From assembly GCA_963796275.1 (NCBI GenBank), contig CAWCKY010000004.1, positions 96,001 through 160,000 on the forward strand: a DNA stretch of 64,000 nucleotides. The letters are read 5' to 3'. This document shows, piece after piece, positions 31,908 through 64,000 of this stretch. Below the pieces are notes generated by a model. It made no database searches. It had not been told where the DNA came from and saw nothing but the letters and a program-made list of their open reading frames with translations. Position numbers and translations under genes: made by a program. Numbering within the stretch: the stretch's first letter is position 1; every line of letters begins with the position of its first letter. This stretch comes from an uncultured Acidobacteriota bacterium (GTDB lineage Bacteria; Acidobacteriota; Blastocatellia; RBC074).

Positions 31908-34900
31908 TCATTTCTCCAGTTTTGACGCAAGGACTCGTCCGATCTGAGCGGACAATTCACGATTCGTAAGCATGTCTCGGTGCCGGCCCGCAACCGGGTG
32001 AACCTCAATCTCTCCAGAGATATATGGTATCCAGGCCTCTGGCCGTGTCGCGGCGTCACTTCCAGAATCTGTAGAAGTGAAGAGTAAAAGATCGCCATCG
32101 TAACGTTGTGGTATGAAGGTATTCATAATAGAAACGTCGTTTTGAATGCTTTCAACCAGGGCCTCGATCGGTGCGCCGTCGAGGCGACGGGAGAATTCGA
32201 TGAGGCTCGAGGCGTCAAAAGGTTCGTCTCCATTTTCATACGTCAGGTATCGAGACATTTCGAATAATATTTGATCACGAGGCACAGAGACAGAAGTCGG
32301 CTGCATAACTGGAGGATAACTATCGAGAAGGGCTAGCAGGGCAGTGCTATCGCCCTGTTGCTGAAAAAGAGTAGCAATTGCCTGCGCGACAAGTCCGCCG
32401 AAGGACCAGCCAATTAAATAATAGGGTCCGGCAGGTTGGATATTGCGGATCTGACCAAGGAAATCGACAGCTATCTCCTCGATCGTTTTGGGTAAGTATT
32501 CCGGCTCGGTAAAGTGACGGGCTTGCATCCCATAGATCGGATAGTCTGCGGCGATGTACTGCATCAGTCGGGTGTAGCACCAGCTAAGCCCCCCAGCCGG
32601 GTGGATACAAAACAGCGGGGGAAGACTGCCCTGAGATCTGAGCGGCAGCACGACCTCATGTGCAGTTCGATCCGTTGGATGGGATAACATTGTAGCTAGC
32701 CTGGCCACGGTCGGGGCTTCGAACAGGCTGCGAATCGATAGATCAACTTCCAGCGTGGTGCGCACTCGGCTGACCAATCGCGTCGCCAGCAACGAGTGGC
32801 CGCCCAACTCAAAGAAGTTATCATCTATCCCTACTCGGTCTACCCCCAGCGTTTCCGCAAAGAGCATACACAGTATCTCTTCTTTCGGATTGCGCGGCGC
32901 TCTCCACACTACCTTTGAGACCATCTCCGGCTTCGGCAGCGCCTTCCGGTCCAGCTTTCCGTTGGGCGTCAGCGGCAACGCCTCCAGCTCTACCATCGCC
33001 GCCGGCACCATGTAGTCCGGCAGCCGTCTTCCCAATTCCTGCTTCAATGCCTCGCAATCCACGCTCCTCCCCGCAGCCGCCACTACATACCCGACCAGCC
33101 GCGTCTCTCCCGCATGATCCTCTCTCGCCACCACTGCCACCTCTCCCACCTCCGCCAGCTCTCGCAGCGCCACCTCGACCTCTCCCGGCTCGACACGGAA
33201 TCCCCGTATCTTGACCTGCTGATCGGCTCGCCCGAGGAACTCCAGGTTTCCGTCAATCCGCCACCGCGCCAGGTCTCCGGTCCGGTACATCCGCTCTCCC
33301 GGCTGCCCGTACGGATCGGCCACAAATCGCTCGGCCGTCAGAGCTGGTCGCTTCAAGTATGATCGTGCAATCTGTTCGCCTCCGATATATATCTCCCCGA
33401 TCACGCCAACCGGAACGGGTTCCCCACGCTCATCCAGTACATAGATTCGGTTATTCGAAATCGGAGTCCCGATTGGAGGCAAGCTCCCCCAGTCGGCGAC
33501 TTCATGCGGCAAGCCGAAAACGGTCGCCACATGCGTCTCAGTTGGCCCATAGTGATTGGCGAGCCGGCATTGTTTCTGACGTTTAAAGAACTGCGCAATC
33601 TGCGGCGTAATTCGCAGTTGCTCGCCCGCCGTGATGATCTCTTGGAGCTCGCCATACACCTGCTCACCGCTTGACCGTTCATCCCCCCTGGCCGCAGCTT
33701 CCGCCAAGGCCTGCAGCGCACTGTATGGTAGAAATAGTCGCTCGATCCTGCGTGCGGAGATATGCTGCAGCAGCCTTCCGAAGTCGACCCTGGTCTCATC
33801 GTTGACCAGCTCCAACTCCGCACCCGTAGACAGAGTGCTGAAGATCTCTTGAAAGGCCACGTCGAATCCGAGCGCCGCAAACTGCAAGCTCCGTTGCGAA
33901 GCGGTCCCGGCAGAGTTTGCTGTTTGCCAACGGATCAGATTGACTAGCGGGAGGTGCGGCATTGCCACTCCCTTTGGCCTTCCGGTTGATCCCGAGGTGT
34001 AGATCACATAGGCCAGATGTCGCGAATCCAATCCTTTGCTCGTCATATCCGGGTTGGTGCCGCGCTCGTCTGCCCAGCATCCGGCATCCACTTCCAGATC
34101 GATCACCCGGGCTCCTTCAATCGCTCGGGCAAGCAGCATACCAACCTTGGCCGACGCCTGTGCGTGCGTCAGTATCACTGCTGGTGCGCTGTCCTCCAGC
34201 ATATAGGCCAACCGCTCGAGCGGATAAGCAGGGTCCAGCGGCACGTAGGCCCCACCCGCCTTGAGCACTCCCAGCAGCGCCACCACCATCTCCACGCTCC
34301 GCTCCAGGCAAATCGCCACTCGCGCATCGGGGCCCACACCTGACCGGCGCAGATGATGCGCCAGTCGATTGGCCCGGACATTGAGTTCACCGTAGGTCAG
34401 GCTCTGCCTTTCGTCTATCAGAGCGATGGCTCCCGCACTCTTCTTCACCTGCTCTTCAAACAACTCGTGGACGCACTTCTCCTTCGGATACTTCGCCTCC
34501 GTCTCGTTCCATTCCTCCAGAATCTGTCTCCGCTCCTCTTCTCCCAGCAGCTCGATGCTCCCGATCATCTCTTGCGCATCTGCTGCCATCGCCTCCAGCA
34601 CCCGCACGTAATGGCGCCCCATCTGCTCCATCCGCCATCGATCGAACAGGTCTCGGTTGTAGAGCCAGTAGAAACCCATCTCTCCCTCAATCTCCCAGGC
34701 GTGCAACTCCAGGTCGAAGCGTACTCGCAGCTCAGCTCCTTCCATCTCCTCTATCTCCAGCCCCTTCATCCTTCCCCTCTCTCGCCCTACATTCTGCAAC
34801 GCAAAAATCACTTGAAACACCGGCGTCGTGTTTAGACTCCGCTCAGGCGCGAGCTCCTCCACCACCCGTTCGAACGGCACCTCCTGGTGCTCATACCCCT

Positions 34901-37900
34901 CCAGCGCCACTCGCCTCACCTCCCCAATCATCTCCCCTATCCTCTTCTCTCCTCTCACCCTCACCCTCATCGCCAGCGTGTTGACGAAGAATCCGATCAG
35001 CTCCTCCAACTCTCCCTCTTCCCGGTTCGCGATCGGTGATCCCACCACGATATCTTCCTGTCCGCTGTATCGGCTCAGCAGCACTCCGAACCCTGCCAGC
35101 ATTACCATATAGAGCGTCGCCTGCTGGCTCTGGCTGAGCTTTTTCAATGCCCTCGTCTGCTCCCGGCTCAAGCTCTCCTGACACAGCTCTGCCTCAAAGC
35201 TCTGCATCGCTGGTCTACCTCTGTCCATCGGCAATTCCAGCCGCTCCGGTATCCCCGCCAGCTGCTCTCTCCAGTACGCCAGCCCTCCTCGCAGTCCCCC
35301 ATCTTCCTCCCACTTCCTCTGCCACAGCGCGTAGTCCGCATACTGCACCTCCAGCGGCTTGAGCGGATTCTCTCTCCCCTCACTATATGCCTCGTAGAGC
35401 TCCCGGCTCTCCCGATTGAACACCTCCTCCGACCATCCGTCCGATGCGATGTGATGCATCGTCCGCAGCATTATGTGCTCACCCTCTCCTACCTTCAGCA
35501 ACCTCATCCGCAGCACTGGCCCCCGCCCCAGATCGAACGCCCGCCTCGCCTCCTCCCTCTGCTCTCTCTTCACCGCCTCTTCCCTCTCCTCCTCTCTCAT
35601 CCCGCTCAGGTCCTCCACCCGCAGCTCGATCCTCTTCTCCCGCTCGATCACCTGCACCGCCTCTCCCTCTCTCTCCTCAATGTGCGTCCGCAGGCTCTCG
35701 TGCCGCGAGACGATCGTATTGATCGTCTTCTCCAGCGCCTCCCCGTCCAACTCTCCTTTCATCCGCAGCACGCTCGTTATGTTGTACTCGCTGCTGCTTC
35801 CTCCCAGCCGATCCAGAAACCACAGCCGCTGCTGTGCGTACGACAGCGGCAGCCGCTCCGGCCGCTCCCGCGCCACCAGCCCGGCTCGCCCTCTCTTCCC
35901 CTCGCTCAGCCGCCCGCCGAGTTGGGATACGCTCGGCGACTCAAACAGCGTCCGTATCCCCAGTTCCACTCCCAATGTCGCACGTATTCGGCTCACCAGC
36001 CGCGTCGCCAGCAGCGAGTGGCCTCCCTGTTCAAAGAAGTTATCATCGATCCCCACTCCCTCCAGCCCCAGCACCTCTCCAAACAGCGTGCAGAGTATCT
36101 CCTCCTTCGGACTGCGCGGCCCTCTCCATTCCGCCGCCGTTATCAGCTCCGCCTCCGGCAGCTTCTTGCGATCCAGCTTCCCGTTCGGCGTCACCGGCAA
36201 ATCCGCCAACCCCACTATCGCCGCCGGCACCATATACTCCGGCAGTCGTCGCCCCAACTCCTGCCGCAATGCTCCAGCATCGATGCTCCGTCCCGGCGCC
36301 GCCACCACATAGCCAATCAGCTGTTTCTGATCCTCCCGTACCACCACCGCCGCCTGCGCCACCTCCGGCAGCTCCCGCAGCGCCACCTCGATCTCCCCCG
36401 GCTCGATCCGGTAGCCTCGTATCTTCACCTGCTCATCCGCTCTCCCCAGAAACTCCAGGTTCCCATCTCTCCGCCATCTCGCCAGGTCTCCCGTCCGGTA
36501 CATCCGTTCTCCCGCCTCTCCGTATGGATCCGCCACAAATCGCTCCGCCGTCAATCCCGCTCGCCTCTGATATCCCCGCGCCAACCCTGCTCCCGCTATA
36601 TATAGCTCTCCTCCCACTCCCACCGGCGCAGGCTGCAAACTCCTGTCCAACACGTACATCTTCGTGTTCGCTATCGGCCGCCCGATCGGCACGGCTCCCT
36701 TCAATTCCTCTTCCTCTCCCACCTCATAGCAACTGCTTGACACTGTCGTCTCCGTCGGTCCGTATTCCTGTATCAGTCGCGTCTCTCCATCTCTCTCTCG
36801 CCAAAACTCCAGATTTTCTCCATACAGTGCTTCCCCTCCCACTATCAGCGCCCCGGCCCACCCTTTGATCTCTTCCTCCTTCAGACTCCCCTTTAACAGC
36901 TCCAGATGCGCCGGCGTGATCTTCAGTAGACTGTATCCCTCTCCTCCTCGCCTGCTTCCCACCAGCCCTTCCACTCCGCTCGTCTCCTCCACTATCACCA
37001 GGCTTTGCCCGCTCAGGAGCGGATAGAATAGGCTCGTCTTCGTCCCATCGAATGCGATCGGCGCATGCAGGCTTGATCCGTGTTTTGATCTTTTATCGAA
37101 GTATTTCAGACACCAACTGAGGTAGTTCACCAGCGCCTGGTGGGAGATCATCACCCCTTTGGGCACTCCCGTCGACCCTGATGTATAGATGATGTAGACC
37201 AGGTTCTCTGCCCTTACTCTGTTCCGGGGATTCTCTTCACTTTCTCTCCCTATCTCCTCCCAATCTCTCTCCAGACAGATCAGCCCCCCCTCATACGCCG
37301 GCAGTTGCCTGATCATCCTTTCTTCCGTGATCAGCACCTCTATCCCTGCGTCCTCCATCATAAACGCCAGTCGCTCACGCGGGTATTGCCGATCCAGCGG
37401 TACATACGCCCCTCCCGCCTTCAGCACTCCCAGTATCCCCACCAGCATCTCAGCGCTCCGCTCCAGATACAGTCCCACGCACACTTCCCGCCCTACTCCC
37501 TTCCCCTCTAAGTAGTGCGCCAGTTGGTTGGCTCGCCTGTTCAACTCCCCGTAGCTCATCTCCACCTCACCGCTCACCACTGCCACCGCTTCCGGCCTCT
37601 TCTTCGCCTCCTGCTCGAACAGTTGGTGTATGCACTGCTCCCGCCCATACTCCACTCTTGTTTCGTTCCACTCCTCCACTACCTGCCGCCGCTCCCACTC
37701 CGGCACCACCTCTATCTCCCTCACCTTTCTCTCTTCTCCTCTCTCCAGCGCCTCCACCATCCCCTCCAGCACCGTCCTCGTATATTCACATATCCGCCTC
37801 GCCTCCATCGGTCTGACTGCTTGCACCTTGAGCCGGAATCCATCCCCCACATCGTCCACCGACAGCGTCAGCGGATAGTTGCTCCGCTCTTCCCCCTCCA

Positions 37901-39983
37901 GCACCTCCATCCCTGCCCACGCCTGTGCCGCCTCCGGCCTTTGCTCCTCCTCCTGCCCTGCGTGACGGTAGTTGAGCAAGCAACTGAACAGCGGCCTCGG
38001 CGCCGCCACCCCACTGCATCTCTGCGCCAGCACCAGCGATGCGTGTTCGTGCCTCATCAGCTCTCCCAGCCGCTTCTGCGTGTCTTTCACACTCTGCTCC
38101 ACCCCCTCCTCCCACACTCCTATCCTGATCGGCAACGTGTTGATGAACATTCCCATCACTCGCTCCGCTCCCTCTCCTCCTCCCATTCGCCCCAACAATA
38201 CCGTCCCGAACACCACATCCTCTCGCCCAGACACGCGCCCCAGTACTCGCCCCCACGCCAGGTGCCAGATGCTCGCCGCGCTCACTCCTATCGCCCGCGC
38301 TCGCTCCCGCAACCTCCTTCCCAGCTCTCCTTCAACTTCTATTTGCGCTTCCTCGATCCCTCTTCCATCTCCCTGCACCTCCACCACTCCGTACGGCACC
38401 GTCGGCTCTTCCACATCTCCCAGCATCTCCCAGAAGAATCTCTCCTCTTCTCCCCGCTCCCCTCCTACCCGCGCCTGCCACACGAAGTTTCGGAACGCCA
38501 CCGGCTCTCCCAGTCTCTCCTTCTCTTCCATCAGGTGCGCCTGCGTCTCCCTCATCATTATCTCCAGGCTGATGTGGTCGCTCGTCAGATGATGGCTTAT
38601 CCACAACATCAGCCACCTCCCACTTGCCCCATCCCGCGCCACCACCATCCTCATCATCGGCGCCTCTCGCACATCGATCCGATCATATCGCTCGCGCAAT
38701 TGTTCGGCCGCCTCCCCATCCCCTTCATCCAACTCCACCTCCTCCACCTCCAACCGCGCCTCCCGCCACACCACCTGCACCGGCTCTCGCACCCCCTCCC
38801 ACACCACCCCAGTCCGCAGTATGTCGTGCCGCGCGATCACCTCCCTCATCGCCCCCACCACTCTCTCCATTCGCTCTCGCGTCTCGAACCCAAACATCAT
38901 TCGCAGTAGATAGGCATCTCCACTGCTATTCATCATGTGATGGAACAAGATCCCTTCCTGCAGCGGCGCCAGCGGGTAGATGTCCTGCACGTTGGCTGCT
39001 CCTCCTGCCACTCTCCCCACCACCTCATCGATCTCTCCCTGCGTCATCTCCACCAGCGGCAGCATCTCCGGCCTGATCTTCCGGCATCCCGCCGGGATCA
39101 GGTTGGGCGGCACCTCTATCTCGGCTCGCCTTCCTCCTTTTATCGTCCTGGCCAACCCCTCCAGCGTCGGCGCCGTGAACAGCCTCCGGATGTCGCTCGA
39201 CAACCCCTCCCTCCTCATCCGCTCGATCATCTTCACTCCCAGCAGTGAATGCCCTCCCAGCTCAAAGAAGTTGTCACGCCGTCCCACTCTCTCCACCCCC
39301 AGCAATTCTCCCCAGATCACCGCCAGCTTCCTCTCCGTCTCTCCCTCCGGCGCCTCATAAACCCCTCTCACATACGCATCCCACTCCGGCGCCGGCAACC
39401 CTCGCCGGTCCAGTTTCCCGTTCGCTGTCAGCGGAATGCTCGCCAATTGGATATAGGCTACCGGGATCATATACTCCGGCAGCACCGAGCGGAGATGCCC
39501 GCGCAGCGCTTCTGCATTTACCCCAGCTCCTCTCTCTCCCGCCTCCCTCACCGTGTAGTACGCCACCAAACCCTGGTCGCCCGTCTTGTTTTCGCGCACC
39601 ACCACCGCTGCCTGCGCCACCTCCGGCTGCTCCCGCAGCGCCGCCTCGATCTCCCCAGGCTCGATCCGGTAGCCTCGTATCTTCACCTGCTGATCCGCTC
39701 TCCCCAGAAACTCCAGGTTCCCATCTCTCCGCCAGCGCGCCAGGTCTCCCGTCCGGTACATCCGCTCTCCAGCTTCTCCGTACGGATCGGCCAGGAAGCG
39801 TTCAGCTGTCAGAGCCGCCTGCTCAGGTATCCGCGCGCCAATCCCGGTCCAGCGATATAGAGCTCTCCTCCGATTCCCACCGGCGTCGGTTCTCAGACTC
39901 CTGTCCAGCACATACACCCGCGTGTTCCAGATCGGCCTACCGATCGGGACATCTCCGGCGAGGGCTTCCGGCTCTGATACCAA
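31908..39983 (-). CDS. NRPS, 3' segment: end of A8-T, dual E/C-A9-T, C-A10(Pro)-T, thioesterase
   Basis: [10 protein letters not shown] carrier motifs, HHMMNSSGD plus HHLTSDH dual E/C, HHIASDG C domain, [10 protein letters not shown]...GWSFGG. It begins mid A-domain, so it continues the upstream ORF across frameshifts. Confidence 0.95.
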   Translation of the reverse strand: MVSEPEALAGDVPIGRPIWNTRVYVLDRSLRTDAGGNRRRALYRWTGIGARIPEQAALTAERFLADPYGEAGERMYRTGDLARWRRDGNLEFLGRADQQVKIRGYRIEPGEIEAALREQPEVAQAAVVVRENKTGDQGLVAYYTVREAGERGAGVNAEALRGHLRSVLPEYMIPVAYIQLASIPLTANGKLDRRGLPAPEWDAYVRGVYEAPEGETERKLAVIWGELLGVERVGRRDNFFELGGHSLLGVKMIERMRREGLSSDIRRLFTAPTLEGLARTIKGGRRAEIEVPPNLIPAGCRKIRPEMLPLVEMTQGEIDEVVGRVAGGAANVQDIYPLAPLQEGILFHHMMNSSGDAYLLRMMFGFETRERMERVVGAMREVIARHDILRTGVVWEGVREPVQVVWREARLEVEEVELDEGDGEAAEQLRERYDRIDVREAPMMRMVVARDGASGRWLMLWISHHLTSDHISLEIMMRETQAHLMEEKERLGEPVAFRNFVWQARVGGERGEEERFFWEMLGDVEEPTVPYGVVEVQGDGRGIEEAQIEVEGELGRRLRERARAIGVSAASIWHLAWGRVLGRVSGREDVVFGTVLLGRMGGGEGAERVMGMFINTLPIRIGVWEEGVEQSVKDTQKRLGELMRHEHASLVLAQRCSGVAAPRPLFSCLLNYRHAGQEEEQRPEAAQAWAGMEVLEGEERSNYPLTLSVDDVGDGFRLKVQAVRPMEARRICEYTRTVLEGMVEALERGEERKVREIEVVPEWERRQVVEEWNETRVEYGREQCIHQLFEQEAKKRPEAVAVVSGEVEMSYGELNRRANQLAHYLEGKGVGREVCVGLYLERSAEMLVGILGVLKAGGAYVPLDRQYPRERLAFMMEDAGIEVLITEERMIRQLPAYEGGLICLERDWEEIGRESEENPRNRVRAENLVYIIYTSGSTGVPKGVMISHQALVNYLSWCLKYFDKRSKHGSSLHAPIAFDGTKTSLFYPLLSGQSLVIVEETSGVEGLVGSRRGGEGYSLLKITPAHLELLKGSLKEEEIKGWAGALIVGGEALYGENLEFWRERDGETRLIQEYGPTETTVSSSCYEVGEEEELKGAVPIGRPIANTKMYVLDRSLQPAPVGVGGELYIAGAGLARGYQRRAGLTAERFVADPYGEAGERMYRTGDLARWRRDGNLEFLGRADEQVKIRGYRIEPGEIEVALRELPEVAQAAVVVREDQKQLIGYVVAAPGRSIDAGALRQELGRRLPEYMVPAAIVGLADLPVTPNGKLDRKKLPEAELITAAEWRGPRSPKEEILCTLFGEVLGLEGVGIDDNFFEQGGHSLLATRLVSRIRATLGVELGIRTLFESPSVSQLGGRLSEGKRGRAGLVARERPERLPLSYAQQRLWFLDRLGGSSSEYNITSVLRMKGELDGEALEKTINTIVSRHESLRTHIEEREGEAVQVIEREKRIELRVEDLSGMREEEREEAVKREQREEARRAFDLGRGPVLRMRLLKVGEGEHIMLRTMHHIASDGWSEEVFNRESRELYEAYSEGRENPLKPLEVQYADYALWQRKWEEDGGLRGGLAYWREQLAGIPERLELPMDRGRPAMQSFEAELCQESLSREQTRALKKLSQSQQATLYMVMLAGFGVLLSRYSGQEDIVVGSPIANREEGELEELIGFFVNTLAMRVRVRGEKRIGEMIGEVRRVALEGYEHQEVPFERVVEELAPERSLNTTPVFQVIFALQNVGRERGRMKGLEIEEMEGAELRVRFDLELHAWEIEGEMGFYWLYNRDLFDRWRMEQMGRHYVRVLEAMAADAQEMIGSIELLGEEERRQILEEWNETEAKYPKEKCVHELFEEQVKKSAGAIALIDERQSLTYGELNVRANRLAHHLRRSGVGPDARVAICLERSVEMVVALLGVLKAGGAYVPLDPAYPLERLAYMLEDSAPAVILTHAQASAKVGMLLARAIEGARVIDLEVDAGCWADERGTNPDMTSKGLDSRHLAYVIYTSGSTGRPKGVAMPHLPLVNLIRWQTANSAGTASQRSLQFAALGFDVAFQEIFSTLSTGAELELVNDETRVDFGRLLQHISARRIERLFLPYSALQALAEAAARGDERSSGEQVYGELQEIITAGEQLRITPQIAQFFKRQKQCRLANHYGPTETHVATVFGLPHEVADWGSLPPIGTPISNNRIYVLDERGEPVPVGVIGEIYIGGEQIARSYLKRPALTAERFVADPYGQPGERMYRTGDLARWRIDGNLEFLGRADQQVKIRGFRVEPGEVEVALRELAEVGEVAVVAREDHAGETRLVGYVVAAAGRSVDCEALKQELGRRLPDYMVPAAMVELEALPLTPNGKLDRKALPKPEMVSKVVWRAPRNPKEEILCMLFAETLGVDRVGIDDNFFELGGHSLLATRLVSRVRTTLEVDLSIRSLFEAPTVARLATMLSHPTDRTAHEVVLPLRSQGSLPPLFCIHPAGGLSWCYTRLMQYIAADYPIYGMQARHFTEPEYLPKTIEEIAVDFLGQIRNIQPAGPYYLIGWSFGGLVAQAIATLFQQQGDSTALLALLDSYPPVMQPTSVSVPRDQILFEMSRYLTYENGDEPFDASSLIEFSRRLDGAPIEALVESIQNDVSIMNTFIPQRYDGDLLLFTSTDSGSDAATRPEAWIPYISGEIEVHPVAGRHRDMLTNRELSAQIGRVLASKLEK
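34821..39793. repeat. ~5-kb near-identical intragenic duplication (partner 44418-49399)
   Basis: Antisense ORFs are identical in both copies; offset 9606, becoming 9597 after a 9-bp deletion (REDQKQL vs [10 protein letters not shown]) near 36330. Confidence 0.95.
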
Positions 39984-40652
39984 CTCATAGATACAGCACT
40001 CCCACTACGGTCTTCGGTTGGGCCATACTCGTTCACTATCCGCAGTTCCGGGACACAAGCGCGCCAGAAACCGCACTGGCCACGACTCATTGAGTGCCTC
40101 TCCTCCCCCCACCTACAAACCGCCGCGCTTGAATGGCCGATGCCTTTTGCCCCTAGCAGCTCCCGTAGAGCCTGTAGATGTGACGGAGTCAACTTGGCCA
40201 GCGTCAGCTCTGCTCCGTCTTTTCTAGCAGCTCGGCCAAAGCCTCTATCTGCCGGTCTTCCGGCAACAAATCCACCCGCCCCCCGCCACCAGTGGAACCA
40301 GATACAAGCTGGTAATCGGTGGCATCGAAAGCCAGAACGGTGTGTTGATCGGGAGCGCCAGACCCACAATCGGCTTCATAGGCACGACATTTGCCCAACA
40401 GAGATAGTTAGTGAGCCCCCGGTGGCTTAGGACCACTCCTTTGGGGGCACCCGTGGAACCCGAGGTGTAGATGACATAAGCGGGATTGTCGGCGCTCAGG
40501 CGGATTCCTCGATGCTGTACCGTGGACTGGTGCTTCGACTGTGCGACCCGGTCCAATAGAGCATCGAGAGAGCCAGCCAAAGACGGCTGGCATTTTCGAT
40601 AACAAGAATGCTCTTGGGTTTAGCAGCAGTTGAGATTATTAAATTTCCTCGA

Positions 40653-64000
<23,348 letters not shown>

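Overview
The window has three parts. (1) Positions 1-29.2 kb are an accessory, partly decayed region: the 3' end of an Rhs toxin with a probable immunity gene, a SprT-like metalloprotease, an ECF sigma factor with a Cys-rich secreted miniprotein and a redoxin, a histidine kinase, a receiver-less sigma-54 activator opposite an XRE regulator, two tandem FG-GAP beta-propeller genes bracketed by a 102-bp direct repeat, an intact SF1 helicase bracketed by a 12-bp direct repeat, and many frameshifted remnants. (2) Positions 29.2-31.7 kb are a core minus-strand block, pgk-tpiA-secG-tRNA-Leu(GAG). (3) Positions 31.9-64 kb are the 3' part of a giant minus-strand NRPS with 10 visible modules plus a thioesterase. 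It is built from a three-module unit repeated three times, with a dual E/C domain every third module, near-identical multi-kb DNA blocks, an FkbM-type methyltransferase inside a Thr adenylation domain, and a dense frameshift cluster at about 39.8-40.7 kb. Hand-read specificity codes suggest ...Leu-like, D-Hse?, OMe-Thr, Leu-like, D-Ala, Asn-like, Tyr, D-Asn, Asn-like, Pro. The gene repertoire looks Acidobacteriota-like (inference only). All family calls are by eye from motifs with no database searches, and domain boundaries are approximate.
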